This document shows positions 1 through 8,689 of a stretch of DNA of 13,435 nt, piece after piece (position 1 is the first letter of the stretch; each line of letters opens with the position of its first letter). Source of the DNA: Bacteroidota bacterium (GTDB lineage Bacteria > Bacteroidota > Bacteroidia > Chitinophagales > Saprospiraceae); the NCBI GenBank assembly GCA_039795795.1, contig JBDKKX010000088.1, positions 1-13,435 of the forward strand, given 5' to 3'. Made by a program: the position numbers and the translations under genes. Below the pieces are notes generated by a model. That model saw only the letters and a program-made list of their open reading frames with translations, did no database searches and was not told the origin of the DNA.

Positions 1-25
1 AGCGTGTGATGAAGTCGTAAATGTA

Positions 26-1060
26 TTGATTCAACCCGATTTCAAACAAAAAACGGAAAATGCCTTAGAAAAAAGACATCGTGTGCCTAATGAAGATGCT
101 CATCCGACTTTTCTCGTAATTGATTTTGGCATTTGCGAGAACGAAAATGGAGCATTAATGCCACAACTCATTGAATTACAAGGTTTTCCATCTTTATATT
201 TTTTTCAATATACGTTGGCAAAAAAGTATCGCTGTCATTTTGACTTGCCTAAAAATAGTACGACTTACTTAAATGGATTGGATGAAGCGCATTATGTGGA
301 AGTGCTACGGGAAGTCATTGTTGGAGATACGGCACCAGAACAAGTGGTTTTATTGGAAATTGAACCGATGAAGCAAGCAACCGTGATTGATTTCTTGGCA
401 ACGCAGAAAGCATTGGGTATCAAAATTTTATGTATTACAGAAGTCTTGAAAAAAGATAAAAAATTATATTATAAAGATGAAAATGGAAATAATATTCAAA
501 TTTTAAAAATTTATAATCGAGTCATTTTTGATGAATTAGAACGACGTAAAGATTTAAAATTGAATTTTAATTTTACAGATGAATTAGATGTAGAATGGAT
601 TGGTCATCCGAATTGGTTTTTCCGCATCAGTAAATATACGATGCCTTTTTTGAAAAGTGAATTTATACCCGAAACACATTTTTTAAAAGATTTTAAGGGA
701 CATTATCCGACGGATTTGAATAATTATGTTTTGAAACCGTTGTTTTCTTTTTCGGGACAAGGCGTTCAATTACATGTTACCAAATCCGATTTGGACAAAA
801 TTCAAGATAAGGATAATTATATTTTGCAAAAGAAGGTTCAATACAAACCTGCTTTGGCTGCTCCGAACGAACCTGTGAAAGTGGAGATTCGGATGTTATT
901 GGTTTGGAAGAAAAATGAAGCGAAACCGCGATTGATTAATAATTTAATTCGGTTGAGCAAAGGGGAAATGATTGGAGTTCGTTACAATAAAGATAAAGAT
1001 TGGGTGGGTTCGAGTGCAGGTTTTTTTTGCGATGAATCCGAAGGATGCGAATTGGGATAA
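26..1060 (+). CDS. Hypothetical protein, possibly ATP-grasp fold. Start uncertain: TTG at 26, and the frame is open to the window edge, so the gene may be 5'-truncated.
   Basis: 344-codon ORF. The motif YVLKPLFSFSGQGVQLHV resembles the ATP-grasp K-P-x-x-G-x-G-V nucleotide-binding loop (RimK/glutathione-synthetase-like). The first in-frame ATG is at codon 45, and no in-frame stop lies upstream within the window. Confidence 0.6.
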   Translation: MIQPDFKQKTENALEKRHRVPNEDAHPTFLVIDFGICENENGALMPQLIELQGFPSLYFFQYTLAKKYRCHFDLPKNSTTYLNGLDEAHYVEVLREVIVGDTAPEQVVLLEIEPMKQATVIDFLATQKALGIKILCITEVLKKDKKLYYKDENGNNIQILKIYNRVIFDELERRKDLKLNFNFTDELDVEWIGHPNWFFRISKYTMPFLKSEFIPETHFLKDFKGHYPTDLNNYVLKPLFSFSGQGVQLHVTKSDLDKIQDKDNYILQKKVQYKPALAAPNEPVKVEIRMLLVWKKNEAKPRLINNLIRLSKGEMIGVRYNKDKDWVGSSAGFFCDESEGCELG

Positions 1061-1108
1061 TTTTTTTCGTGGATAAAAAAATCAAAATAGTTATTTCAAA
1101 AATAAAAC

Positions 1109-1116
1109 TATCTTTG
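1109..1116 (+). promoter_or_regulatory. Candidate Bacteroidetes-type -7 promoter element (TATCTTTG) upstream of gap.
   Basis: Matches the TAnnTTTG consensus of Bacteroidetes sigma-A promoters about 98 bp before the gap start codon. No clear -33 TTG partner. Confidence 0.25.
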
Positions 1117-1213
1117 CGGCATTATTGTTACTTTTACACTAAGTCATTATTTTAGCGGCTTTGAATAAAAACCTGTAAATTTCATTTCAATTTTTTTTTT
1201 AATATAGCAACCA

Positions 1214-2227
1214 ATGGCAAAAATTAAAATCGCTATCAACGGTTTCGGACGGATTGGAAGAATTACGTTTCGTAACTTGTTGAAAAACAAAAATGTAGAA
1301 GTTGTCGCGCTCAACGATTTGACGGATAACAAAACTTTAGCCCATCTTTTAAAATATGATTCTGTACATGGCAAATTCGACGGTACGGTAGAGGCTGATG
1401 CAGAATATTTATATGTGAATGGCAAAAAAATTCGGGTTTACGAGGAAAGAGACCCTGCTAATTTGCCTTGGAAAAAGCATAAAGTAGATGTCGTGATTGA
1501 ATCCACAGGTCGTTTCACGGATTCGGAAACCGCGAAAAAACATATTACAGCAGGTGCATCCAAAGTGATTATTTCCGCGCCTGGAACGGGTGATGTGAAG
1601 ACGATTGTATTGGGTGTCAATGACAAAGATATTGATGCAAATGCTACTATATTTTCAAATGCGAGTTGCACGACGAACTGTTTAGCTCCGATGGTGAAGA
1701 TTTTGGATGAAACTTTTGGCATTGAAAGTGGTTTTATGCAAACGATTCACGCTTATACGTCAGACCAGAATTTGCAAGATGCACCGCACCGCGATTTGCG
1801 TCGCGCACGGGCTGCGGCATATAGCATTATCCCGACGAGTACGGGTGCTGCGAAAGCCGTTGCGTTGGTGATGCCGCATTTGAAAGGCAAATTGAATGGG
1901 GGTTCGATGCGTGTACCTGTGCCAGACGGTTCGGTAACGGATTTCACGGCGGTGTTGAAAAAAGCAGCGACCGCAGAAGAAATCAATGCAGCGTTTAAAA
2001 CGGCATCCGAAGGTGCGCTGAAAGGCATTTTGGAATATCAAACGGATCCGATTGTAAGTATTGACATTGTGGGCAATCAACATTCTTGCATTTTTGATGC
2101 TGCGTTGACGCTGACGATTGGCAACACGGTCAAAGTGATTGGTTGGTATGATAATGAAGCAGGTTATTCAGCGCGTTTGGCGGATTTGGCGGCGCGTGTG
2201 GGTAGCATGGAAACGAAAGAAGCATAA
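1214..2227 (+). CDS. gap: Type I glyceraldehyde-3-phosphate dehydrogenase.
   Basis: 337 aa. N-terminal NAD-binding motif INGFGRIGR and the catalytic-site signature [12 protein letters not shown]. Ends with TAA at 2225-2227. Confidence 0.95.
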   Translation: MAKIKIAINGFGRIGRITFRNLLKNKNVEVVALNDLTDNKTLAHLLKYDSVHGKFDGTVEADAEYLYVNGKKIRVYEERDPANLPWKKHKVDVVIESTGRFTDSETAKKHITAGASKVIISAPGTGDVKTIVLGVNDKDIDANATIFSNASCTTNCLAPMVKILDETFGIESGFMQTIHAYTSDQNLQDAPHRDLRRARAAAYSIIPTSTGAAKAVALVMPHLKGKLNGGSMRVPVPDGSVTDFTAVLKKAATAEEINAAFKTASEGALKGILEYQTDPIVSIDIVGNQHSCIFDAALTLTIGNTVKVIGWYDNEAGYSARLADLAARVGSMETKEA

Positions 2228-2256
2228 TCGTTTAAAATATTGTAAAATAATAAAAC

Positions 2257-2298
2257 AAAATGCGTCAATTGGTTACAATTGGCGCATTTTATTTTGCA
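2257..2298. terminator. Bidirectional intrinsic terminator between the convergent gap (+) and RND permease (−) genes.
   Basis: Hairpin aaaatgcg-t-caattg [gtta] caattg-g-cgcatttt, about 15 bp of stem with one G-U pair. T-rich tracts follow on both strands (auuuugcaaaauuauuuauu on +, guuuuauuauuuuac on −). Confidence 0.65.
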
Positions 2299-2308
2299 AA
2301 ATTATTTA

Positions 2309-5300
2309 TTACGGTTCTTCAACTGCTGACGGATTATAATTTTTATTCAACTTCATTTTCAATCGCTCGCTCATAAGCAACATCGCTGGCACTAAAATAA
2401 GCGTTAAAAACGTAGCAAAGGATAATCCATAAATCATCGTCCAAGATAAGGGTCCCCAAAAGGCGACACTATCTCCGCCAAAAAAGATATGTGGGTCTAA
2501 ATCGTTGAACAAGGTTACAAAATCCATATTCAAACCCACCGCTAAAGGGATTAATCCGAGGATGGTTGCTGAAGCAGTTAGTAAAACGGGAGTCATTCGC
2601 GTTCGCCCAGCTTCGATGATGGCTGCTTTCAATTCCATCCCTTGTTTTAACAGAATCTCGGTAAATTCTACCATTAAAATCCCATTCCGAACCACAATCC
2701 CCGCTAAAGCGATGATACCAATGCCCGTCATAATGATGGAAATATCCATGCGGAAAAACACAAATCCAAGCAAAACGCCGATGATACTGAAAATAATTTC
2801 ACTCAAAATAATGACCATTTTGCTGATAGAATTGAATTGTATCACCAAAATAAGGATAATTAAACCAATGGAAGTCAATAATGCGCCGCCCAAAAAGCTG
2901 GTAGATTCTTTTTGGTCATCCTGCTCGCCGCCAAAACGCACTTCTACGCCATCGGGTTTATTATATGACTTAATCGCTTCTTGCACATCCGTAACAACCT
3001 TGTTAGGATTGAAACCCGTCAATACATTCGACGATAATATAACAATGCGTTTTTGATTTTTGCGCTTGATACCACCATAAGTATTGCCGTAATGCACATC
3101 CGCAATCGCGCTCATTGGCACATTTCGCAAGACTCCACCCATATTCATATCGCGGAAAATGATTTTTTGATTCATCAACGCGTTGATATTGCCGCGTTGT
3201 TCGGCTTTGAACCGCAACATGATAGGATATTCGTCATTCACATCTTTGAATTTTGAGATTTCTTTCCCAAAAACCGCATTTCGCAAACCAGAACCAATTT
3301 GCGCCGTCGAAATGCCTTCTCGATTGGCGCGTTCCCGGTCAATATCCACAATTAATTCGGGTTTATTCAAAACTAAATCTGATTTTAACTCTTCCACACC
3401 AGGAATTTGAAGCGCGTCTAAGTGCCGTTTCAAACCTGTAACCGTTTTCGACAAGATGCTAAAATCATCGCCCGTTATCTCTACGCTAATGGCTTTACCC
3501 GTCGGTGGTCCGCCTTGTTCTTGCTCCACCGCGATTTCTGCACCCGGAATGCCTTTGACAGCTTGTCGGAATTGATTCAAAAACGGCAAAGTCGATTTGC
3601 CATGTCGCTCCTCAAACGCTACAAAGGCAACCGTTACTTTTGCTTTATGCGGGCTGGCACTCAAATCGAAAGAGCGCGGGTCATTCGCGCCTACCGCGAC
3701 ATTCGTAATCACAGATTCCACCAATGGATTTTTCTCTCCAATCACTTTGAAAATCCGACGTTCCACTTCTTTGGCGACTGAATCGGTATAAACTTGGCTT
3801 GTTCCCACAGGCAAACTGATGTAGGTGTATGCAAAATTGGGGTCTGCGGATGGAAAAAAGACAATATTGGGCGGAAATTTCGCTACTAAAAAGAAACTAA
3901 AAAACAATAACAATACTGTTGCAACTAATAAACCCGCAGGTCGATAACCTTTTAAAAAGAAAGTCATTAAGTTGGCATAAGCGTTTTGAACCGCAGGCCA
4001 TATTTTCTCTTGAAAAGTTAAAATCATCCCCGTCAAAACGAACTTATTCAGTAAATATAAGAAATAAATGAAAACTATAAAATTGCCAAAACCATGATTT
4101 TTAGTTACATAGCTCAAAATCGCTATTCCAGCAAAAACAAGGCTTGTTATCAACAATCCGCGTGTAAATTTGGACTTTTTGACCCCAGTATGATGCGGTT
4201 TCATAAACGAAACGGCAAAAACAGGGTTAATAATGTACGCAACTAACAACGAGGCAAATAAGGTTATAATCATCGTTATCGGCAGGTAAAACATGAACTT
4301 ACCCACCAAACCTTGCCAAAAAGCCAACGGAAAAAATGGAGCTAAAGTCGTCAAAGTACCGCTTAAAACGGGCAAAAAGACTTCTCCTGCGGCTAATTTA
4401 GCTGCTTTTTTAATCGGCACTTTGCCATTATCGAAGATCCGATGCGTGTTCTCAATCACCACAATTGCATCATCCACCACGATTCCCAATGCCAATAAAA
4501 AGGCAAACATAACCATCATATTTAGCGAAAAATTCGCTCTGCCAAAACCATAAGTAAAAATAGCAGGTTCTACCAAAAACGCGACACACATCGAAATCGG
4601 CACAGACAAAGCTACAAAAATCGCATTCGTTACCCCCATGAAAAACATTAAAATCAACGTTACCAAGAGGAAACCAATGATAATCGTGTTTGTCAAATCG
4701 TGCAAAGTGGTTTTAGTTCGCGTGCTTTGGTCGCCCGTAATTGTGATTTTTAACCCTTTTGGAAAGGTCGTTTGCTTCATTTCGGTGCAAATTGCTCGAA
4801 TATCATCGCTTGCTTTGATAAGATTCTCGCCACTGCGCTTGATAACGTTGAGCGTAATCACATTTTTGCTGTCCAAATGCGCAAAACTTTCCCGTTCTTT
4901 ATGCGTATCGACCACATCCGCAATGTCGCCCACATGCACCACAGCCCCTGTACCGCCGCGAACTACAATATCGCTAATCATTCGCGGGTCTTTGTAAGTG
5001 CCTTTGACCGAAATTTGCCGTTTGACATCGCCCATATCAATCGCACCACTGGAAATCGTCATATTTTCGAGGCTAACCGCATTTTCAATGTCGCGCATCG
5101 TAATATTGTTCGCCTCCATTTTATACATATCCACATTAATTTGAATTTCACGCTCCAATGCGCCAATCAAATCCACGCGGGTAATTTCTTTCATGCCTTC
5201 GATACGGTCTTTCAACCCATCTGCATACCGTTTCAACTTGTCCAAATCGAAGTCCCCCGATAGGTTGACATTCATAATCGGCGTTTGCGAAATATCAATT

Positions 5301-5713
5301 TCAACGACCGTTGGTTCTTTGGGCAAATCGTTTGGCAAGTTAGAACGCGCTTTGTCAATTGCATCTTTCACTTTTTGCTTCGCCACCGAGACATCTACAT
5401 TCGTGTTGAACTCCACCATCACAGATGAAAAATCTTGGATGGAATTAGAGGTGATTTTCTTTACACCCGAAATCGATTTACATTGTTTTTCAATGTGTTT
5501 GGAAACCAAACTCTCCATATTTTCAGGCGAAGTCCCCGGATAAATCGTATTGACCATCATTTGCGGGAAAATCACTTCGGGATATTGCTCTTTGGGCATA
5601 TTCACATACGCCGAACCGCCTGCCAATAAAATGAAAATCGTTAATAAATAAATACTGGTACGATTATCAATTGACCAACTCGCAGGACCAAATTCTTTTA
5701 TTTTATCAAGCAT
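2309..5713 (-). CDS. Efflux RND transporter permease subunit (AcrB/HAE1-like), 1134 aa.
   Basis: Large periplasmic loops and 12+ hydrophobic segments. TM4 proton-relay motif GIVVDDAIVVIEN. Last gene of the tetR-tolC-MFP-RND cluster. Confidence 0.93.
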   Translation of the reverse strand: MLDKIKEFGPASWSIDNRTSIYLLTIFILLAGGSAYVNMPKEQYPEVIFPQMMVNTIYPGTSPENMESLVSKHIEKQCKSISGVKKITSNSIQDFSSVMVEFNTNVDVSVAKQKVKDAIDKARSNLPNDLPKEPTVVEIDISQTPIMNVNLSGDFDLDKLKRYADGLKDRIEGMKEITRVDLIGALEREIQINVDMYKMEANNITMRDIENAVSLENMTISSGAIDMGDVKRQISVKGTYKDPRMISDIVVRGGTGAVVHVGDIADVVDTHKERESFAHLDSKNVITLNVIKRSGENLIKASDDIRAICTEMKQTTFPKGLKITITGDQSTRTKTTLHDLTNTIIIGFLLVTLILMFFMGVTNAIFVALSVPISMCVAFLVEPAIFTYGFGRANFSLNMMVMFAFLLALGIVVDDAIVVIENTHRIFDNGKVPIKKAAKLAAGEVFLPVLSGTLTTLAPFFPLAFWQGLVGKFMFYLPITMIITLFASLLVAYIINPVFAVSFMKPHHTGVKKSKFTRGLLITSLVFAGIAILSYVTKNHGFGNFIVFIYFLYLLNKFVLTGMILTFQEKIWPAVQNAYANLMTFFLKGYRPAGLLVATVLLLFFSFFLVAKFPPNIVFFPSADPNFAYTYISLPVGTSQVYTDSVAKEVERRIFKVIGEKNPLVESVITNVAVGANDPRSFDLSASPHKAKVTVAFVAFEERHGKSTLPFLNQFRQAVKGIPGAEIAVEQEQGGPPTGKAISVEITGDDFSILSKTVTGLKRHLDALQIPGVEELKSDLVLNKPELIVDIDRERANREGISTAQIGSGLRNAVFGKEISKFKDVNDEYPIMLRFKAEQRGNINALMNQKIIFRDMNMGGVLRNVPMSAIADVHYGNTYGGIKRKNQKRIVILSSNVLTGFNPNKVVTDVQEAIKSYNKPDGVEVRFGGEQDDQKESTSFLGGALLTSIGLIILILVIQFNSISKMVIILSEIIFSIIGVLLGFVFFRMDISIIMTGIGIIALAGIVVRNGILMVEFTEILLKQGMELKAAIIEAGRTRMTPVLLTASATILGLIPLAVGLNMDFVTLFNDLDPHIFFGGDSVAFWGPLSWTMIYGLSFATFLTLILVPAMLLMSERLKMKLNKNYNPSAVEEP

Positions 5714-5755
5714 AAACTTTTTTTTATTATTTTTAATTTAAGTTTGTGGTGCGCT

Positions 5756-6051
5756 GGAATTAGGATTAAATGGGATTTTTGGGGGATTAAATGGGATTGA
5801 TTTTTAGGATTTGTAAGATTATAACCCTAAAAGTTTTATAAATTTTAAAAATCAATAGGATTTATAAGGTTATAACCCTAAAAATTTTATAAATTCTAAA
5901 AATCAATAGGATTTATAAGGTTATAACCCTAAAAATTTTATAAATTTTAAAAATCAATAGGATTTATAAGGCTATAACCCTAAAAATCTTATAAATCCTA
6001 AAAAAATCAATCCTATTTAATCCCAAAAAAATCCCATTTAATCCTAATTCC
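5756..6051. repeat. Composite intergenic repeat element: ~44-bp imperfect inverted-repeat arms (5756-5799 and 6008-6051) flanking a 51-bp tandem repeat array.
   Basis: The left arm ggaattaggattaaatgggatttttgggggattaaatgggattg matches the reverse complement of the right arm at 41 of 44 positions. Each arm holds five GGATT (or AATCC) motifs spaced 10-15 bp. Confidence 0.85.
5805..6008. repeat. Tandem repeat, 51-bp unit in about 3.6 copies.
   Basis: Unit taggatttataaggttataaccctaaaaattttataaattttaaaaatcaa starts at 5805, 5856, 5907 and 5958; the first and last copies are degenerate. Each unit contains the 10-bp palindrome GGTTATAACC and three TTATAA hexamers. Confidence 0.85.
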
Positions 6052-6062
6052 AACCGCCCGCG

Positions 6063-7184
6063 CTACAAATTAATCAAATCGCCATCATTCAAATCATTAT
6101 AACCCGTTACAATCAATTGGTCTCCCGTTTTAAGACCACTCAAAATCTCCGCTTGGTCTTTGTACAAACGACCAATTTTAATCATTGCCCGCTTTGCAAA
6201 CCACTTATCGCCCGTTTTTTCAGCGATTAAAACGAAATCCCCTGCATCCGCCTTTTGCAACAAATTGATAGGAACAATAAACGCATTAGAATTACTATAA
6301 TCCGTAACCTTAATGATACTCAACATATTCGGCAACAATCCCGCCATCGAACTCACAGGTACTTCCACTTTAAAAGTCCGATTCATCGGATTCACTGCAT
6401 TACCAATATATTTAATACTCCCCGAAACATCTTTATTCAAATCAGGAAAATGAATGGTTACATTATTGCCCGTGCGCACTTTTCCAGCGTAACTTTCAGG
6501 CACATCCGCCTTGACTTTTAGTTTAGAGAGATTCACAATCTTCGCTAAAGGTACTCCAGGAGCCGCCGTTTGACCAATTTTCATCGCCACTTCATCCACC
6601 ACACCCGAAATTGCCGCTTTCACTTTATACATCTCACGCGTTTCTTGAAGCGTACTCATTGTTTTTTCGAGTGCCTCTTTATTATTCTTAGCGGTTAAAA
6701 ACTGGATTTCAGAACCAATACTTTGTTTCCAAAGCGATTCTTGTTTTTGAAACACTTCATTTGCCAATTCCCACCGTTTCTGAACTTCTGCAACGTTATT
6801 TTGCAAAATGGCATCATCAATCTCAGCAACCACATCGCCCGCGCTCACTTTATCACCGACTTTAATATTCACCCGAATCAAAGAACCCGGTACTTTTGCA
6901 TTCACAAACACCTCATCATCTGCGATAATTGCCCCCGGAAGCTCAATAAAATGATTAAAGGTCTGCTGTTTTGCCTCTGCGAAAGTGACCGTTCTGGATT
7001 TTTGCACCACTTTCGTCGAATCAGAAGTCGAAAGTTCCTTTTCCAAAGCCGTAATTTCACCCGCAATTTGCGTTTGTTTTTTACGCAATTCCGCAAGTTG
7101 AGCCTTTTTATCTAACTTCTTTTCACCACCGCCACACGCCGTTAAGAAAAGCGTTAACATCAAAAAAATGGAAATATTTTTCAT
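6063..7184 (-). CDS. Efflux RND transporter periplasmic adaptor subunit (membrane fusion protein, HlyD family), lipoprotein.
   Basis: 373 aa. N-terminal signal with lipobox LTAC (MKNISIFLMLTLFLTACGG), a coiled-coil hairpin region and a C-terminal beta-barrel domain. Lies between the tolC and RND genes. Confidence 0.9.
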   Translation of the reverse strand: MKNISIFLMLTLFLTACGGGEKKLDKKAQLAELRKKQTQIAGEITALEKELSTSDSTKVVQKSRTVTFAEAKQQTFNHFIELPGAIIADDEVFVNAKVPGSLIRVNIKVGDKVSAGDVVAEIDDAILQNNVAEVQKRWELANEVFQKQESLWKQSIGSEIQFLTAKNNKEALEKTMSTLQETREMYKVKAAISGVVDEVAMKIGQTAAPGVPLAKIVNLSKLKVKADVPESYAGKVRTGNNVTIHFPDLNKDVSGSIKYIGNAVNPMNRTFKVEVPVSSMAGLLPNMLSIIKVTDYSNSNAFIVPINLLQKADAGDFVLIAEKTGDKWFAKRAMIKIGRLYKDQAEILSGLKTGDQLIVTGYNDLNDGDLINL

Positions 7185-7227
7185 TATTTAAATAAATATA
7201 ATTTTTAAGGAATTGATTTTCAATAAA

Positions 7228-8628
7228 TTACTTACCGAGTGCTTTTTGCAACGCTTTTTGAGCCACTAATAAATCATATTGCGCCTGCCGCAAATTTTGT
7301 TGCGACTGATACAATTGCTGCTCCGAAACCACCACTTCAAGACTACTGCCCAAACCTTCTTTATATTTTGTCTGCGTCGTTTTATAAATGCGTTCGGCTA
7401 AGGCAATATTTTTTTGTTGACTTGCAACCCTTTTTTGGGCGGTTTGAATTTGAATTCGAGCATTCAAATTTTGCAATTGAATGGCTCTTTCCAAATCATT
7501 TTTTTGCAATTTCAACTGCTCTAAAACCAATTGAGCCCGTTCAATTTTATACTTTTTTTCTCGATTATCCCAAATATTATAAGTTGCCTTAATGCCAATC
7601 ACCGATGAAGGTAAAAATTTCGTGCTACCCGCCGTGAAATAATTATTAGCCGTAATATTTTCTTGTAAATTTGCAAAGGCGGAAACCGTTGGCAAATACG
7701 CCGCTTTATTCACTTCTACATTCAATTCATTCATGGCGTAAGTCATTTCCAAAAATTTATACATCGCATGATTATTGAAATCGACTTGCTCCTCCAAATT
7801 CACGTTTGCCTGCAACAATGTATTTACATCATCCGCCACTTCCAATGGCTTATCCAAAGGATATTGAATTACCATCTTTAAACCATTGAGAATCAATTCT
7901 TTTTGCCTATCTAAATTCTCTCTTTCCACTTTCAAATTCGCCAAAGACAATTCTAATCTATCCACATCCAATTGTTCCGAAAAGCCCGCTTTCTGAATGG
8001 CGGAACTTTCTTTCAACAATTTTTCGATATTACTAATATTATTGTCTAAGGTTTTCATGCCTTCCGTCACGAGCAGCGCGGGCAAATAAACATCCATAAC
8101 TTGATTGCGCACCTCCGTTTTCTTGACAGCAACCTGTGCTTCTACAAACTTTCTATATGTTTTTGCCGCCTTCACCGCTACATTATAACTGCCACTATAC
8201 ACCAATTGACTCGCCGTCACGCCCGCAGTCAAACTATTGCGCTGCAAAAAACTCCCCTCAAAAAAACCACCCGAACCCGCAGGAAAACCAATCGGATTCC
8301 CAGTTCTGTCCTTGACCCCTTCTTTGACGAGCACCCCATAGACCGCAGGCGAAATAAAATCAGGAATCAACGTTTTAGGCGTAATCGCAAAAAATTGATA
8401 ACCGACTTCCGCATTAACTTGCGGCAAACCATTCGCCAGCCGTTCTTTGACCTGCAAATCCGCATCCGTAATATTGGATTCAGCGATTTTGATACTATTC
8501 GCATGAGCCAATGCGTACTGAACGGCAGCATCCAAAGTCATACGTTCCTGCGCCTTGACCTGCCCAGTCAAGACGACACACGATGCCATCAGTAAAAATT
8601 TTGAAAAATCATTTCGTCGCATACACAT
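7228..8628 (-). CDS. TolC-family outer membrane efflux protein. An alternative start at 8622 (MRRN...) is possible.
   Basis: 466 aa. Signal peptide ...LMASCVVLTGQVKA|QE. Two repeated coiled-coil/beta halves typical of outer membrane factors. Sits directly upstream of the adaptor gene. Confidence 0.9.
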   Translation of the reverse strand: MCMRRNDFSKFLLMASCVVLTGQVKAQERMTLDAAVQYALAHANSIKIAESNITDADLQVKERLANGLPQVNAEVGYQFFAITPKTLIPDFISPAVYGVLVKEGVKDRTGNPIGFPAGSGGFFEGSFLQRNSLTAGVTASQLVYSGSYNVAVKAAKTYRKFVEAQVAVKKTEVRNQVMDVYLPALLVTEGMKTLDNNISNIEKLLKESSAIQKAGFSEQLDVDRLELSLANLKVERENLDRQKELILNGLKMVIQYPLDKPLEVADDVNTLLQANVNLEEQVDFNNHAMYKFLEMTYAMNELNVEVNKAAYLPTVSAFANLQENITANNYFTAGSTKFLPSSVIGIKATYNIWDNREKKYKIERAQLVLEQLKLQKNDLERAIQLQNLNARIQIQTAQKRVASQQKNIALAERIYKTTQTKYKEGLGSSLEVVVSEQQLYQSQQNLRQAQYDLLVAQKALQKALGK

Positions 8629-8645
8629 CTTTTGGTTAATACTTT

Positions 8646-8686
8646 ATTGATAATCAATGAATTACAATAGGATAAAGATAATCAAT
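8646..8686. promoter_or_regulatory. Candidate operator between tetR and tolC: palindrome ATTGAT-a-ATCAAT plus a direct repeat GATAATCAAT x2.
   Basis: 13-bp palindrome at 8646-8658. Decamer GATAATCAAT at 8649-8658 and again at 8677-8686. No TAnnTTTG promoter motif was found here, so the operon may be co-transcribed from the tetR promoter. Confidence 0.25.
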
Positions 8687-8689
8687 TGC

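Noticed and set aside
1064-1072. DnaA-box-like sequence gtggataaa (8/9 to TGTGGATAA), considered as oriC.
   Set aside because: Single copy with no cluster of boxes or adjacent AT-rich unwinding element. Insufficient for an origin.
1147-2083. Minus-strand ORFs 1147..1425, 1438..1722, 1753..2028 and 1760..2083 overlapping gap.
   Set aside because: Antisense shadow ORFs within the highly conserved GAPDH coding region.
2505-5629. Numerous plus-strand ORFs of 60-180 aa (2505..3056, 3422..3781, 4772..5263, 5193..5543 and others) inside the RND permease gene.
   Set aside because: They lie antisense to a long, well-supported 1134-aa CDS. Their translations are low-complexity, and they have no independent start or regulatory context. 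Typical shadow ORFs.
5756-6051. Composite element considered as a MITE.
   Set aside because: The terminal inverted repeats are present, but no target-site duplication is evident at the flanks (gtggtgcgct / aaccgcccgc). It is retained as a repeat element of unknown origin rather than called a mobile element.
8629-8689. Searched for a TAnnTTTG promoter for tolC in the tetR-tolC spacer.
   Set aside because: No match on the minus strand, so no promoter is called here. Only the candidate operator palindrome is reported.
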